Source: a virus (lineage: Duplodnaviria > Caudoviricetes). From it: DNA of 64,000 nucleotides. How positions within the stretch are numbered: the stretch's first letter is position 1; each line of letters begins with the position of its first letter. This document shows, piece by piece, positions 47,582-56,896 of the stretch. Below the pieces are notes generated by a model. The model was not told the origin of the DNA and made no database searches. It saw only the letters and a program-made list of their open reading frames with translations. The stretch spans positions 1 through 64,000 of the IMG/VR virus record IMGVR_UViG_3300048503_000032; one strand, given 5' to 3'. The translations under genes and the position numbers were made by a program.

Positions 47582-47803
47582 ATGTTGAAGACGGCAGCAG
47601 CGAAGATTTTGTTGGAGCGGGACAGGCTGACGGCCCGGTATCGTGAGCTACAGGCGGAGATGAAGTCTGTACGCGAGCAGCTGGCGCAGCTGACGCCGGT
47701 CGGAGGATATCGGCCTCAGGCCATATTGCGGATGTGCAAGTGCGGTGCCGGCCCGTTCAGCGCTCGGGAGCTTCGTTTGCACAGATGTGGAGGCGAGTCG
47801 TGA
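47582..47803 (+). CDS. hypothetical coiled-coil/Zn protein
   Basis: GAGG SD; CKCG..HRC. Confidence 0.65.
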   Translation: MLKTAAAKILLERDRLTARYRELQAEMKSVREQLAQLTPVGGYRPQAILRMCKCGAGPFSARELRLHRCGGES

Positions 47804-47988
47804 GTGCAAGGAAGCCATCGTCGGAACATGTAGACGACCCCGTCTTACCGAGGAACTTCGGGGTTATCGACTTTAGCAAGCGTAGGCCGTCGGTGTTCGA
47901 TGGAATGCCACAGCTCACAGAAGAGGATTTAATCGGGTTCTCTCAGAATGCCATCGACGAACTTACGAAGGAAGTGAGAGGCAAGTGA
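47800..47988 (+). CDS. hypothetical protein
   Basis: GGAGG SD; GTGA overlap. Confidence 0.55.
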   Translation: MSARKPSSEHVDDPVLPRNFGVIDFSKRRPSVFDGMPQLTEEDLIGFSQNAIDELTKEVRGK

Positions 47989-48140
47989 TGGCATACGATC
48001 AACGGTGCGCGGATCTGGCGCGTGTGTTTCTTATGGATCATGAGACTGGGCCACAGCCTACACCGGCCGCGGTCGAAGCTTTGGCTGAGCATATCCAGAT
48101 GTGCATCGAGGAATGGATCGAGACGGAGATCAAGCAGTGA
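47988..48140 (+). CDS. hypothetical protein
   Basis: MAYDQRCADLARVFL..LAEHIQMCIEEWIE; TGATG overlap. Confidence 0.65.
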   Translation: MAYDQRCADLARVFLMDHETGPQPTPAAVEALAEHIQMCIEEWIETEIKQ

Positions 48141-48862
48141 ATATTGGAATCCCATCAGATGCAGAGATGTGGGAAGTGGTTGCAGCGATCCAGGTCTGTC
48201 AGTCGCAGGGGATCTTGACGATTGAGAATGACGCGATTGGTGACGCAGCCGAGTTGTATCAGATGGCTGGTCTGTTGAGTGCCAAGCCGCGAAATAGGAT
48301 TGATCTGGACTTCAGCAAGGCATACCGTGCTATCGCTACGGCCAAGGAGACTTATCAGGCGGTGTTGGCTCGGGCGAGTGGGCTGGAGCCCAAGCCAATC
48401 GGCTCCCCGAAGTTCAAAGGGTTCACTCCATCGATGAATGGAGGCATCGTTGTCTGCTCACACGAGGTCACAGGGGAGTTCAAACTGCCCTGGCAGGTGT
48501 GGAGGGTCATCGTGCGTCATCTACGCTCCTACGGGCAGACGGTGCGTTTCCTGGGGCGCTCAGGAGAGCGTATGGACTATGCCACGTTCACCGAGGGGCA
48601 GATTCTGTCGAATCTCAGTTTACAGGAGCGGATGCAGGCGCTGGCATCGGCTGGCTTGGTTGTAGGCGTTCCGAATGAATGGACTTGGATATCGACTGCG
48701 TGGAAGAAGGTTCTGGTTATGCACCCCGACGACGTTCCACAGGAGCGTTGGTTCGGGTTTGACGTAGTTCCGCAGACTCTTGGCAGGTTGCTTTATACGC
48801 GGAGTCAGCTTCAGGTTCCGGTGATCTTGGCTGGTCTGCGCAAGTTGATATCGGTGATGTGA
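48137..48862 (+). CDS. Divergent GT9-like protein
   Basis: KLPWQVW..IV..L, LSLQE..ALASAGLVVGVPNEWTWISTAW resembles GT9 C-domain. Confidence 0.5.
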   Translation: MNIGIPSDAEMWEVVAAIQVCQSQGILTIENDAIGDAAELYQMAGLLSAKPRNRIDLDFSKAYRAIATAKETYQAVLARASGLEPKPIGSPKFKGFTPSMNGGIVVCSHEVTGEFKLPWQVWRVIVRHLRSYGQTVRFLGRSGERMDYATFTEGQILSNLSLQERMQALASAGLVVGVPNEWTWISTAWKKVLVMHPDDVPQERWFGFDVVPQTLGRLLYTRSQLQVPVILAGLRKLISVM

Positions 48863-48945
48863 TGGAACGTCAATATAGCCCCCTGAGTGGAGGCGAGAAA
48901 TGGATAGCGGTGAGGTTTGAGAACCTGCTGCTCACGTCTGTGGGC

Positions 48946-49467
48946 GGCGAGAAAAGAGGAATAGTGATGGAAGAAGAGACGAACTTTTATGATGAGGCAC
49001 GCAGACTTGGAATCGACACGCAATCTGATCCTAACGAATATTGGAAGCCTGAGACTGTTCGCGTTTTTATGGTGGGCGATAGTGGACCTTATGTGGACGC
49101 CCTGGACTATCTATGGTTGCTGGATCGTTCTAAGCAGTAACCCCCGAGCGGGCGAGAGGAGTGAAATGATCGACTTATATGGGACAGATGACTCATTCGA
49201 TGAGCTGGACAGACCGCCATCAAAGTTCGGTACAGAGCAAAGTGAATCAAAGGCCAGTGTGCCGTGCCAGAGTGGCGAGAAAAGAGGAATAGTGATGGCC
49301 GAAGAGACGAACTTTTATGATGAGGCACGCAGACTTGGAATCGACACGCAATCTGATCCTAACGAATATTGGAAGCCTGAGACTGTTCGCGTTTTTATGG
49401 TGGGCGATAGTGGACCTTATGTGGACGCCCTGGACTATCTATGGTTGCTGGATCGTTCTAAGCAGTA
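48946..49467 (+). repeat. 194-bp direct duplication (48946-49139 and 49274-49467) encoding M(E/A)EETNFYDEARRLG...SKQ
   Basis: Two mismatches seen. Confidence 0.92.
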
Positions 49468-49492
49468 GCCTCCAGTGGGCGAGAGGAGCGAA

Positions 49493-49777
49493 ATGATGGC
49501 AGACGAGAAGTTTTCTACAAGTCCAGGTCTGGACTTCCACGAGTGGTATATGGAGAACTACGACCGGCTGCACGAGTCATGCATGCAACAGACCGATGAG
49601 CCTCCATTCAAAGACGTGTACCTGTTTGCGCAAGCAGCATGGAACGCAGCGAAGAAGGCGGAAGAGTCGCAGACGCATAGTTTTGCGCCATCCGATTGGG
49701 GAGCGACCGGAGAACATTGCCGCGTATGCTCTGAGCCATGTAATGCACCAATCCACCAGAAAGGAGTCAAATCGTGA
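49493..49777 (+). CDS. hypothetical protein with C-terminal H-x-F..CxxC..H module
   Basis: GAGGAG SD; module shared with 19304-19396. Confidence 0.65.
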   Translation: MMADEKFSTSPGLDFHEWYMENYDRLHESCMQQTDEPPFKDVYLFAQAAWNAAKKAEESQTHSFAPSDWGATGEHCRVCSEPCNAPIHQKGVKS

Positions 49778-50016
49778 AGAACGAATGGACTGCGGACGAA
49801 TTGCTGCGAGCGAATGAACAGGTACTCGCCGCAACCGAAACGAAGCTCGCTAAATTGAAGAGGCGGCATACGGACGCGGTATACGAAGCAACTGAGGATG
49901 TTGCCATCGAGCTTGCCTGCCAGCGGAATCGCGCTCTCTGGGCATTGAATGATGTACACGACTTTCTCAAGTCACACGGGTACGACACGACGCTGATTGA
50001 CTTGGCCATAAAATGA
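49774..50016 (+). CDS. hypothetical protein
   Basis: AAGGAG SD. Confidence 0.6.
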   Translation: MKNEWTADELLRANEQVLAATETKLAKLKRRHTDAVYEATEDVAIELACQRNRALWALNDVHDFLKSHGYDTTLIDLAIK

Positions 50017-50352
50017 TTCCGACCGCACCACAACCTGCAAGCATAAATAATATGCCCCGTGAATTTGCGCCCGGAGACTGCCCTATGTGCTTTCCTAATG
50101 TTTGTGTGGGCGGCGCACATTACATGGCTTTATATGAAGATGGCATAACAACACAAGCACAATATATTGCAATTAATAGAAAAGGAGAACCAAATGAATC
50201 TTGGCCCTCGTTGTAATTTTATGCTCCCGAATCATTGTCAATGTCCGAATACTGCATTGGTAGATTCGGATATGTGCGAATTACATAAGGAATTTCAAAC
50301 AGAACAAGCTGTTGCGGTAGAACAAGCGAAAATTGAAAAACTGGAGAAGTAA
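50013..50352 (+). other. Two small Cys-rich ORFs in an AT-rich patch (50013-50216 and ~50194-50352)
   Basis: CPMC; C..C.N..CELH; visibly lower GC. Confidence 0.5.
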
Positions 50353-50679
50353 ATGCCATACGAGAATATCAACGGACTAATCGAGTTATCCTCAGAATCC
50401 CGCTATAAGATCGCCGTAGTAGGAGTTCCGAAAGCGGGTAAAAGCTGGTTTGCATACACCGCGCCTGAAAGGGCGGAGGATGAAGTTCCTTCTGTAATTT
50501 ACAAAGATCATGAAATTAAGATTGTGCCAGTTGCTACACCAGGTTCACGAAGGGTATTTGCAGCATATAAGAATGGTAAGCGAGTAACAAACTGTTTTGC
50601 GACTGTGAAGGAAGTAAAGACAGCTCTCAGCTCGCAAGCCACCGACGCCACCATTCCAAGACGCGGCGCACGGGGTTGA
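50353..50679 (+). CDS. Chimeric ORF beginning with a truncated Sak4/AAA_24-like Walker A segment
   Basis: KIAVVGVPKAGKSWFAYTAP then unrelated sequence. Confidence 0.5.
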   Translation: MPYENINGLIELSSESRYKIAVVGVPKAGKSWFAYTAPERAEDEVPSVIYKDHEIKIVPVATPGSRRVFAAYKNGKRVTNCFATVKEVKTALSSQATDATIPRRGARG

Positions 50680-50870
50680 CTTCGGGCAGGTCTACGTTCC
50701 CGCTCCGTGCATCGCTTACGATATGGGCTGCATGGCATGGGACAAAACGAAGGAAGTCCAATCGCGTCTCGCCGACCGCTATCAGTTTCGTGGGCAGTGG
50801 CTGTTTATCAACGTACCGAGTAAGCCGTGATGATCTGCTGGGCCGGCGGCATGAGCGGCGGTGTGAGGGT

Positions 50871-50913
50871 AGTTTGCTGTTGCTGAAGATGATCGATGGG
50901 GTACTATCGATCC
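50871..50913 (+). promoter_or_regulatory. Class C (late) promoter AGTTTGCTGTT-N20-TACTAT-N6-ATG
   Basis: Places portal start at 50914. Confidence 0.8.
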
Positions 50914-53900
50914 ATGTTCAGGATACTGCGCAGCTGGCATACGGCATTCAAAGCTCGGATGATTCGATACTTTCGCACCCGCGAGGTGGTGAAGGTATTC
51001 AGTGTCATGCATGCAGAAGAGTTGCGTCTGACACCGATTGAGAACTGGCCTTTGGTCAAGGCTCGGCAAAATCAAGAAATCAGGATGTTGAGAGCAGGAC
51101 AGAATCTTATCGTAGACAGGAAGTCGTGGGCGTTCCCTTACCTCCCGTCATGTTTAGACGACCAGACTGAAATTCTTACCAAGCGGGGGTTTATCCCGGT
51201 TACAGCGATGAAGCGTAGCGATATGTTCGCTACGCGGCATCCTGTGTCTCATCGGTTTGAGTGGCAGCGGGCTGGGCGGATTGTTCGGTCTAGGTACAAA
51301 GGTGAGATGGTGGAGATGCTGGGGCAGCAGCTCGACGTTCTGGTGACTCCGAATCATCGAGTTGTTAATATCCAGAAGACTGAGGGCATTGATCGTTTAT
51401 TGTGTTCGTCATCTGAGCAGATTGACTTAGCAGGCGACCTGTCTACGACCAACCGACGCAGTATTTATGCTTTGCCTCTTACGGCCAAGCCGGATAAGTC
51501 GTATAGTATGGTTCCGCAGTCGGTCGTCTTGACGCCAATCAAGAGGAATATACAAGACCGTAATTCGCTGGAGCTTGATATTCCATTCGAGGTTTGGGTA
51601 CAGTTTCTTGCTCTGTATCTAGCAGAGGGATGTTGTGACGGAACGACGGAAGGGATCGAGTTTGGTACTGGTGTTTCGTTTGAAGGGTATGAGGAGAAGT
51701 GGAATAAATTGCTTGCGGACTTTGAGGCAGATCCGTTCGAGGTAGCGGAGCGGCGGCGGAATAACAAGTATCGGGTGCGGATTGCGTGCGCAGAGGGGTC
51801 GGAGATTCGCAAGGACGTAGCGGAGCTGCTTGCACAGATGCCGAATACTTGGACGCCGAATAAGTTCGGGTTTGACTGCGGATGCAAGGCTTTGTGGATG
51901 GCGTTGTTTCCTTTTGGGCATTGCTGGACGAAGTACGTTCCGGACGATGTTAAGAATCTTCCGGTCGAGCACCTGGGGGCGTTTCTTGATTGGTTAATGA
52001 AGACGGATGGATATTCAGCGCATGGCGATGATTATCATCAAGAGTATGGGACGACGAGCAGAAGGTTCGCCGAGGACGTACAGGAGATTTTACTCAGGCT
52101 CGGGTATCAGGTAGGTGTTCGTACAAAACTGATGGATTGCGGCTCGACATTCTACAGAATATCGTTTAGTCGTGAGCAGTATTGTAACGTGAGGTCTATC
52201 CGTCGTGTGGACTATGATGGGTATGTTTACTGTCCGTCAGTTCCCAATGGGATTATTTGTGTGCGCCGGAACGGGAAGATTCATTGGACTGGTAACAGCG
52301 TTCAGCGGCTTTCTATGCCAGTTTCCAAGTCGACGCCATTTAACCTGAGACGTTTCTCACGGACTCCGGTTGCGCGTAGGGCCATCAACCTCATCAAGAA
52401 TTCAGTGACTGCTCAGGCCTGGGATGTACGTCCGATCGATGGGATTCCAGTAGACGATCCTGACGAGCAGGCACAGCGTATCAAGATCGCCAAGGCGATC
52501 TTTAACCACCCCAACAATACCGAAAGTCATCAGTCCGAGCTGGAGATGGAGATCGAGGATCTCTGCATCATGGGAGCGTCGGCTACGGAGCTGCGCTTGA
52601 CGCTTGACCCGAAGCGTCCGCTCAAGATGTGGCCAATGGACGCATCGACTGTTAGAATATTTGTCAGTTGGTCGGAGTCTACGCCCGACTTGCCGCACTA
52701 CGCACAGATGACAGGCTTGCAGGGAGAGCGCGGAGCGATCTTGTTTTACGACGACGAGATCATGTACATCAAGGACAATCCGGCGACGGATAATCCGTTT
52801 GGTTTGGGCAAGCTCGAGACAGCATTCCAGGTTGTGAATGATTTGCTTGGCGTGCAGCGTATGTCAGGTATGGCAGGATCTGATCAGACTAGAAAAAACT
52901 GGCTGTGGTGGGAGCAGCCTCAGACTGACGAGGCATTTCAGATCGTGCGTCGTCATATTCAGAATGAACTTGAAGGACAGGCGAAGGTATCGCTCATCGG
53001 GGGTATGAAGAAGCCCGATGTGCTGGAGATCACGCCGGTCACTATCGATGACTTGCTACTGCCCTGGCACGAGATGTTGATTCGCATGATTGCGAATGCG
53101 TTTGATATGTCGGCGATGGCTCTGGGCATCGAGCACGACGTGAATCGCGCAGTGGGAGATGTACTCAAGGATTCCGACTTCCGCTCGGCTGTGGTGCCGA
53201 TGGCGAAGAGGATTCAGGAAGCGCGCACCAGAAAGATTCTGCACAATAAGCTGGGCTGGTACGACCTTGAGTATGTGTTCCTGAGCTTGGATGATCCGGA
53301 CTTGGAAACCAAGACGGATATGAACGCGCGCATGTACTCGGCGAATGCGCTGACTCCGAATGAATGGCGGCTGAGCGTTGGCAAGCAGCCGTTGAAGTCT
53401 TCGTTCGCAGACTTGACACAGTTCGAGGCCATGATGCTGAATCAGGAGTTGATGGCTCAGTTGACGGATCAGTCGGCGCAGAAGACTTTCGACCGTCAGC
53501 AGTCGGCGCAGCAGTCGGCCCCGGCTGGCGGAGCAGGAGGAGAAGGCCCGAAGCCTCCGTCGCAGGGATCGATCTCACGCGGTGGACAGATTGAATCGCC
53601 GAAGCCTATGGCGCTGCCGAAGTTCCCGATTGCTGGCACCAAGTGGAATGCTCGGGAGATTGCACAGATGCCGGTTAACGATTTGGCGCAGCGTATCGAC
53701 GGTGGAGAGTTGCCGCATCCGAAGAAGCTGTTGATCGACATGCAGAATCAAGATCCGAATATCCTTGAGCAGATGTCGGATCAGGTGAAGGACTACTTCA
53801 AGCATGTACTGGACGACGAGGCATCGGAAGATCAGGACGAAGAGATCCCGCAGAAGACGCTCGATCAGATGATGAAGGAATTGCGCAAGCGGACAAGCAA

Positions 53901-54054
53901 GCAGAATAATCGCTCGGACGATATGACGCAGTATCTTCAGGACGTCAATCAGCGGTGGAAGATGGCGACGCCCGGAAAGCCTGGAGCAAAGACGTATCGG
54001 GCAGTGAAGAATCCCGGTAAGCCGGGAACACCGCCAGCGGCAAGATCGCTGTAG
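50914..54054 (+). CDS. Portal protein, intein-containing
   Basis: IFNHPN, MWPMDASTVR, DEIMYIK.NP..PFGLGKLE, IANAFDMS, LTPNEWR; between terL and protease. Confidence 0.9.
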   Translation: MFRILRSWHTAFKARMIRYFRTREVVKVFSVMHAEELRLTPIENWPLVKARQNQEIRMLRAGQNLIVDRKSWAFPYLPSCLDDQTEILTKRGFIPVTAMKRSDMFATRHPVSHRFEWQRAGRIVRSRYKGEMVEMLGQQLDVLVTPNHRVVNIQKTEGIDRLLCSSSEQIDLAGDLSTTNRRSIYALPLTAKPDKSYSMVPQSVVLTPIKRNIQDRNSLELDIPFEVWVQFLALYLAEGCCDGTTEGIEFGTGVSFEGYEEKWNKLLADFEADPFEVAERRRNNKYRVRIACAEGSEIRKDVAELLAQMPNTWTPNKFGFDCGCKALWMALFPFGHCWTKYVPDDVKNLPVEHLGAFLDWLMKTDGYSAHGDDYHQEYGTTSRRFAEDVQEILLRLGYQVGVRTKLMDCGSTFYRISFSREQYCNVRSIRRVDYDGYVYCPSVPNGIICVRRNGKIHWTGNSVQRLSMPVSKSTPFNLRRFSRTPVARRAINLIKNSVTAQAWDVRPIDGIPVDDPDEQAQRIKIAKAIFNHPNNTESHQSELEMEIEDLCIMGASATELRLTLDPKRPLKMWPMDASTVRIFVSWSESTPDLPHYAQMTGLQGERGAILFYDDEIMYIKDNPATDNPFGLGKLETAFQVVNDLLGVQRMSGMAGSDQTRKNWLWWEQPQTDEAFQIVRRHIQNELEGQAKVSLIGGMKKPDVLEITPVTIDDLLLPWHEMLIRMIANAFDMSAMALGIEHDVNRAVGDVLKDSDFRSAVVPMAKRIQEARTRKILHNKLGWYDLEYVFLSLDDPDLETKTDMNARMYSANALTPNEWRLSVGKQPLKSSFADLTQFEAMMLNQELMAQLTDQSAQKTFDRQQSAQQSAPAGGAGGEGPKPPSQGSISRGGQIESPKPMALPKFPIAGTKWNAREIAQMPVNDLAQRIDGGELPHPKKLLIDMQNQDPNILEQMSDQVKDYFKHVLDDEASEDQDEEIPQKTLDQMMKELRKRTSKQNNRSDDMTQYLQDVNQRWKMATPGKPGAKTYRAVKNPGKPGTPPAARSL
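51151..52296 (+). mobile_element. Intein with LAGLIDADG endonuclease in portal (382 aa)
   Basis: CLDDQTEILTKRGF, VTPNHR, LALYLAEG, LMKTDG, VYCPSVPNG..WTGN followed by Ser. Confidence 0.92.
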
Positions 54055-54069
54055 ATTTATTTAGTCGGT

Positions 54070-54113
54070 AGTTCGCTGTTGGAGAGATGCGGGGCAGAGG
54101 GCATTCTTACGAC
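54070..54113 (+). promoter_or_regulatory. Class C (late) promoter AGTTCGCTGTT-N21-CATTCT-N6-ATG
   Basis: Places protease start at 54114. Confidence 0.8.
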
Positions 54114-55577
54114 ATGAATTACGGACTTCATCTATCCGGTGTGCAGATCGAGAGTTTGGAAGCTGACTCTCAGCATCCGAATAAGATGAAGTTCAGAGGT
54201 GTGATTTGCAGGTTGGATGAGGCCAGTTCTAAGCCGCCGAACGGCGCGCAGGGGCATCGTATCTTCGTTCCGACTGAAGTAGCCAAGCGTAGGCTGAAGA
54301 CTTTGATCGGTATGGGCTTGAACTATGCGCCGGATCTTGACAGTCATTCGCAGCGGCGCAAGGTTGGGGTGATCAATAAGGCCTGGATCGACGGTAAGGA
54401 TTTACGAGTAGAAGGACACGTATGGAAGCATGACTTCCCCGAAGCTGAGAAGGATCTGAAGCAGGCGGGGTTGGGCATGAGCATGGAGCTGGGCGATGTT
54501 CGCGTAGACGATCCGAAGGCGGATGTCTGGACATTGGATGATTTCCAGTTCCTGGGGGCGACGATATTGTGGCGGGACAGTGCTGCATATAACAGAACGC
54601 AAGCAATAGCGGCGAGAGCCGAGCAAAGGGGAGGAAGCATGTCAATCACGAAGACAAAGAGGACACCGGCTCGTACCTCGCATGGCACCGATCGCTTGGT
54701 ACAGATCGCCGCGGAAGCTGCTGCTGGGGCCGTCAAAAAGTCCAGCCGCCAGATTCTCGAAGTTCTCAAGACGCAAACAGACACCCTGGGCGAGATCACT
54801 GCCCAGAATGAGGAGTTGGAGTCGCGTATTGCGGCGCTGGAGAGCGGTCACGTTGACGCGGCCGGCGACGCGGCGAGTTCCAGTTCCAGCAGTTCCAGCG
54901 ATGGTGAGGTCGGCGCGAAGGCGGCTACATCGTCCAGTTCCAGTTCGGCCAGTTCCAGCGCCAGCAGCGATGAGGACGACATGGAGACTCGCGGCAAGGT
55001 GAAGGCCAAGGCCGCGCCAGCGTCCAGTTCGTCTTCGAGCAGCGAGGATGTCGATGCGGATGTCGACACTGGCGACTTGGAAGAGATCGAGAAGGCCAAG
55101 GGCAACACTGGCCACGCCAACGAGGACGCGGAGAATCGCGGAGACGACGGCGCTGGCGAGCTTGCCAAGAAGGTAGGCCCGACGGTCGCTGCCCAGCAGA
55201 TTAAGGCGTTGCGCAAGAAGTTACATGCCGAGCGCGACAAGACTGCGAAGCTGCGCACATCCAACGAGCAGCTTCAGGCATCGGTCGCCAAGCTGACCAA
55301 GAAGATCGACAAGGTGTCCAAGCAGGTGACCGCGGCCAGCGAGAGTCTGGGTCGCCGTTCGGTTTCGCCGGAGATCTCTGCGATGCTGGCGAAGAGCAAC
55401 ATTAGCGCGTCGGACATGTACGCGGCTGGCACCAAGCTGTCGGTTGAGGAAGTGGACGGCGTCATCAAGGCCAGCGGATTGAGCCTCAGCCCGCAGGACA
55501 GCATGGCCATGAAGAACGGCTTCCTGAAGGCCGGATTGATGGAAGATGGACGGGTAGAGCGCGGTAGCAACCGCTAA
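54114..55577 (+). CDS. Prohead protease-scaffold fusion
   Basis: H..KVGVI..AWIDG..V.G.VW, LGMSME, FLGATIL..AAY; then acidic poly-Ser and coiled-coil region; directly upstream of capsid. Confidence 0.8.
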   Translation: MNYGLHLSGVQIESLEADSQHPNKMKFRGVICRLDEASSKPPNGAQGHRIFVPTEVAKRRLKTLIGMGLNYAPDLDSHSQRRKVGVINKAWIDGKDLRVEGHVWKHDFPEAEKDLKQAGLGMSMELGDVRVDDPKADVWTLDDFQFLGATILWRDSAAYNRTQAIAARAEQRGGSMSITKTKRTPARTSHGTDRLVQIAAEAAAGAVKKSSRQILEVLKTQTDTLGEITAQNEELESRIAALESGHVDAAGDAASSSSSSSSDGEVGAKAATSSSSSSASSSASSDEDDMETRGKVKAKAAPASSSSSSSEDVDADVDTGDLEEIEKAKGNTGHANEDAENRGDDGAGELAKKVGPTVAAQQIKALRKKLHAERDKTAKLRTSNEQLQASVAKLTKKIDKVSKQVTAASESLGRRSVSPEISAMLAKSNISASDMYAAGTKLSVEEVDGVIKASGLSLSPQDSMAMKNGFLKAGLMEDGRVERGSNR

Positions 55578-55613
55578 TAACGGCGGCATCAACTTGAAGG
55601 GAGTACTACAAAA

Positions 55614-56672
55614 ATGAGAGGCCATGCAACATTCGTTGATCCGTCGTTAGATCAGGTCTTGTCTCAGATCGGTATGGCTGGCCGCGGAGCCGGTCGTCCG
55701 GCAGGAGGCACCATCTCGGCTGCGGCGGACTACTTGGCTCCCGGTGCTATCGAGATCAACCGATACGCGACCGAGATCGTGGATATGGTGCGCAGGCGCT
55801 TCGTGCTTGGCCAGCGCATCAATCAGACGCTGGCCACAGGCCAGCCTCACCGCTACTTCGAGCAGCTGGCCATTCCGACGGCCACCGCGACCAACCCTCG
55901 CGCTCTGGTAGCGACCGCAACACAGCCGGTTCGTCAGGAGCGCGTGGTGGCGTTGAAGGCCATCGTCGCTCAGATCAACTACGGTTTGTTCGACGTGGAG
56001 ATCAACCAGCAGCAGGGGCAGTTCGCATATCTGGAGGCCAAGGATCTCACCGACACCGTCGATGGCGTTCTGAAGCTGCATGACCAGAATCTGTGGAACG
56101 GCACCGACACCGACCTGTTCTTGCAGACCAGCACGCAGTACTTCGGCATCTCTGGTCAGATCTTGCAGGGCAACGCTTCACTGGCGGGTCTGGGCATCGC
56201 GAGCATCGCAGCCACCGGCTCGTTGGTTGACGGCTACAAGCTGGCAGTGGCGAACATGGCCAATCGGCAGGACTTCGAGGTCAGGCCGACGGCGATCTAC
56301 GGCAACCCGACGCTGTGCAACCTGTTCGACCAGGAAGTGTACGACGCTGGTCGGCAGCTGTTCTACAACCAGGTCGAGGTTCTGCCTGGTGTGGTGGTCA
56401 ACGGCATCCCCACTCAGGTGGGCATCCTGCCGCTGGTCAGCGATCCGGCGATCAACAACGTCGCGGCCGCTGGTGGACTGACTCAGTACACGGGCTTCAT
56501 CCTGTCGGACGTGGACATGATCAAGTACGCGTATCTGACCGATCCGCTGCCTCGGGTTTTCCAGCTTGGATTGCTTGGGAGCCTCGCCAGTCAATATGTC
56601 GTGGTGAAGTTTGGCGCGCCTTATGTGGAGGGCAATTTTTACGCGCACCAAGCAATTACGGCCATCCGCTGA
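55614..56672 (+). CDS. Major capsid protein
   Basis: 352 aa after scaffold, strongly biased codons, LWNG..YFGI, PTAIYGN, followed by terminator. Confidence 0.85.
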   Translation: MRGHATFVDPSLDQVLSQIGMAGRGAGRPAGGTISAAADYLAPGAIEINRYATEIVDMVRRRFVLGQRINQTLATGQPHRYFEQLAIPTATATNPRALVATATQPVRQERVVALKAIVAQINYGLFDVEINQQQGQFAYLEAKDLTDTVDGVLKLHDQNLWNGTDTDLFLQTSTQYFGISGQILQGNASLAGLGIASIAATGSLVDGYKLAVANMANRQDFEVRPTAIYGNPTLCNLFDQEVYDAGRQLFYNQVEVLPGVVVNGIPTQVGILPLVSDPAINNVAAAGGLTQYTGFILSDVDMIKYAYLTDPLPRVFQLGLLGSLASQYVVVKFGAPYVEGNFYAHQAITAIR

Positions 56673-56695
56673 CGAGACGTAGACAGGTAACAGAT

Positions 56696-56730
56696 GAGGC
56701 TCCAGAGTAAAATCTGGAGCCTCTTTTCTT
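56696..56730 (+). terminator. Rho-independent terminator after capsid gene
   Basis: GAGGCTCCAGA-gtaaaa-TCTGGAGCCTC-TTTTCTT. Confidence 0.9.
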
Positions 56731-56828
56731 GTATAATGGACACATGAGCTTGAGGCCCAAAGGCGCCAAGATCAAAGCGGGATTGATTGATCGGACGTCT
56801 AAATGACTGATTAGACGTGACAAATTAG

Positions 56829-56893
56829 CCAAAATAAAGACTTGACACGTTCTGCGTATAGTGGCATCATTAGGACGTGGTACAGGAGAACGG
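56829..56893 (+). promoter_or_regulatory. Class A composite promoter (TTGACA-17-CATCAT, nested GACT-N14-TATAGT)
   Basis: Third copy of the 16033 element. Confidence 0.85.
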
Positions 56894-56896
56894 CAT

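Noticed and set aside
56732-56806. TATAAT-N6-ATG leaderless 20-aa ORF (MSLRPKGAKIK...)
   Set aside because: Geometry fits but it is too short to support and lacks a class B or C box
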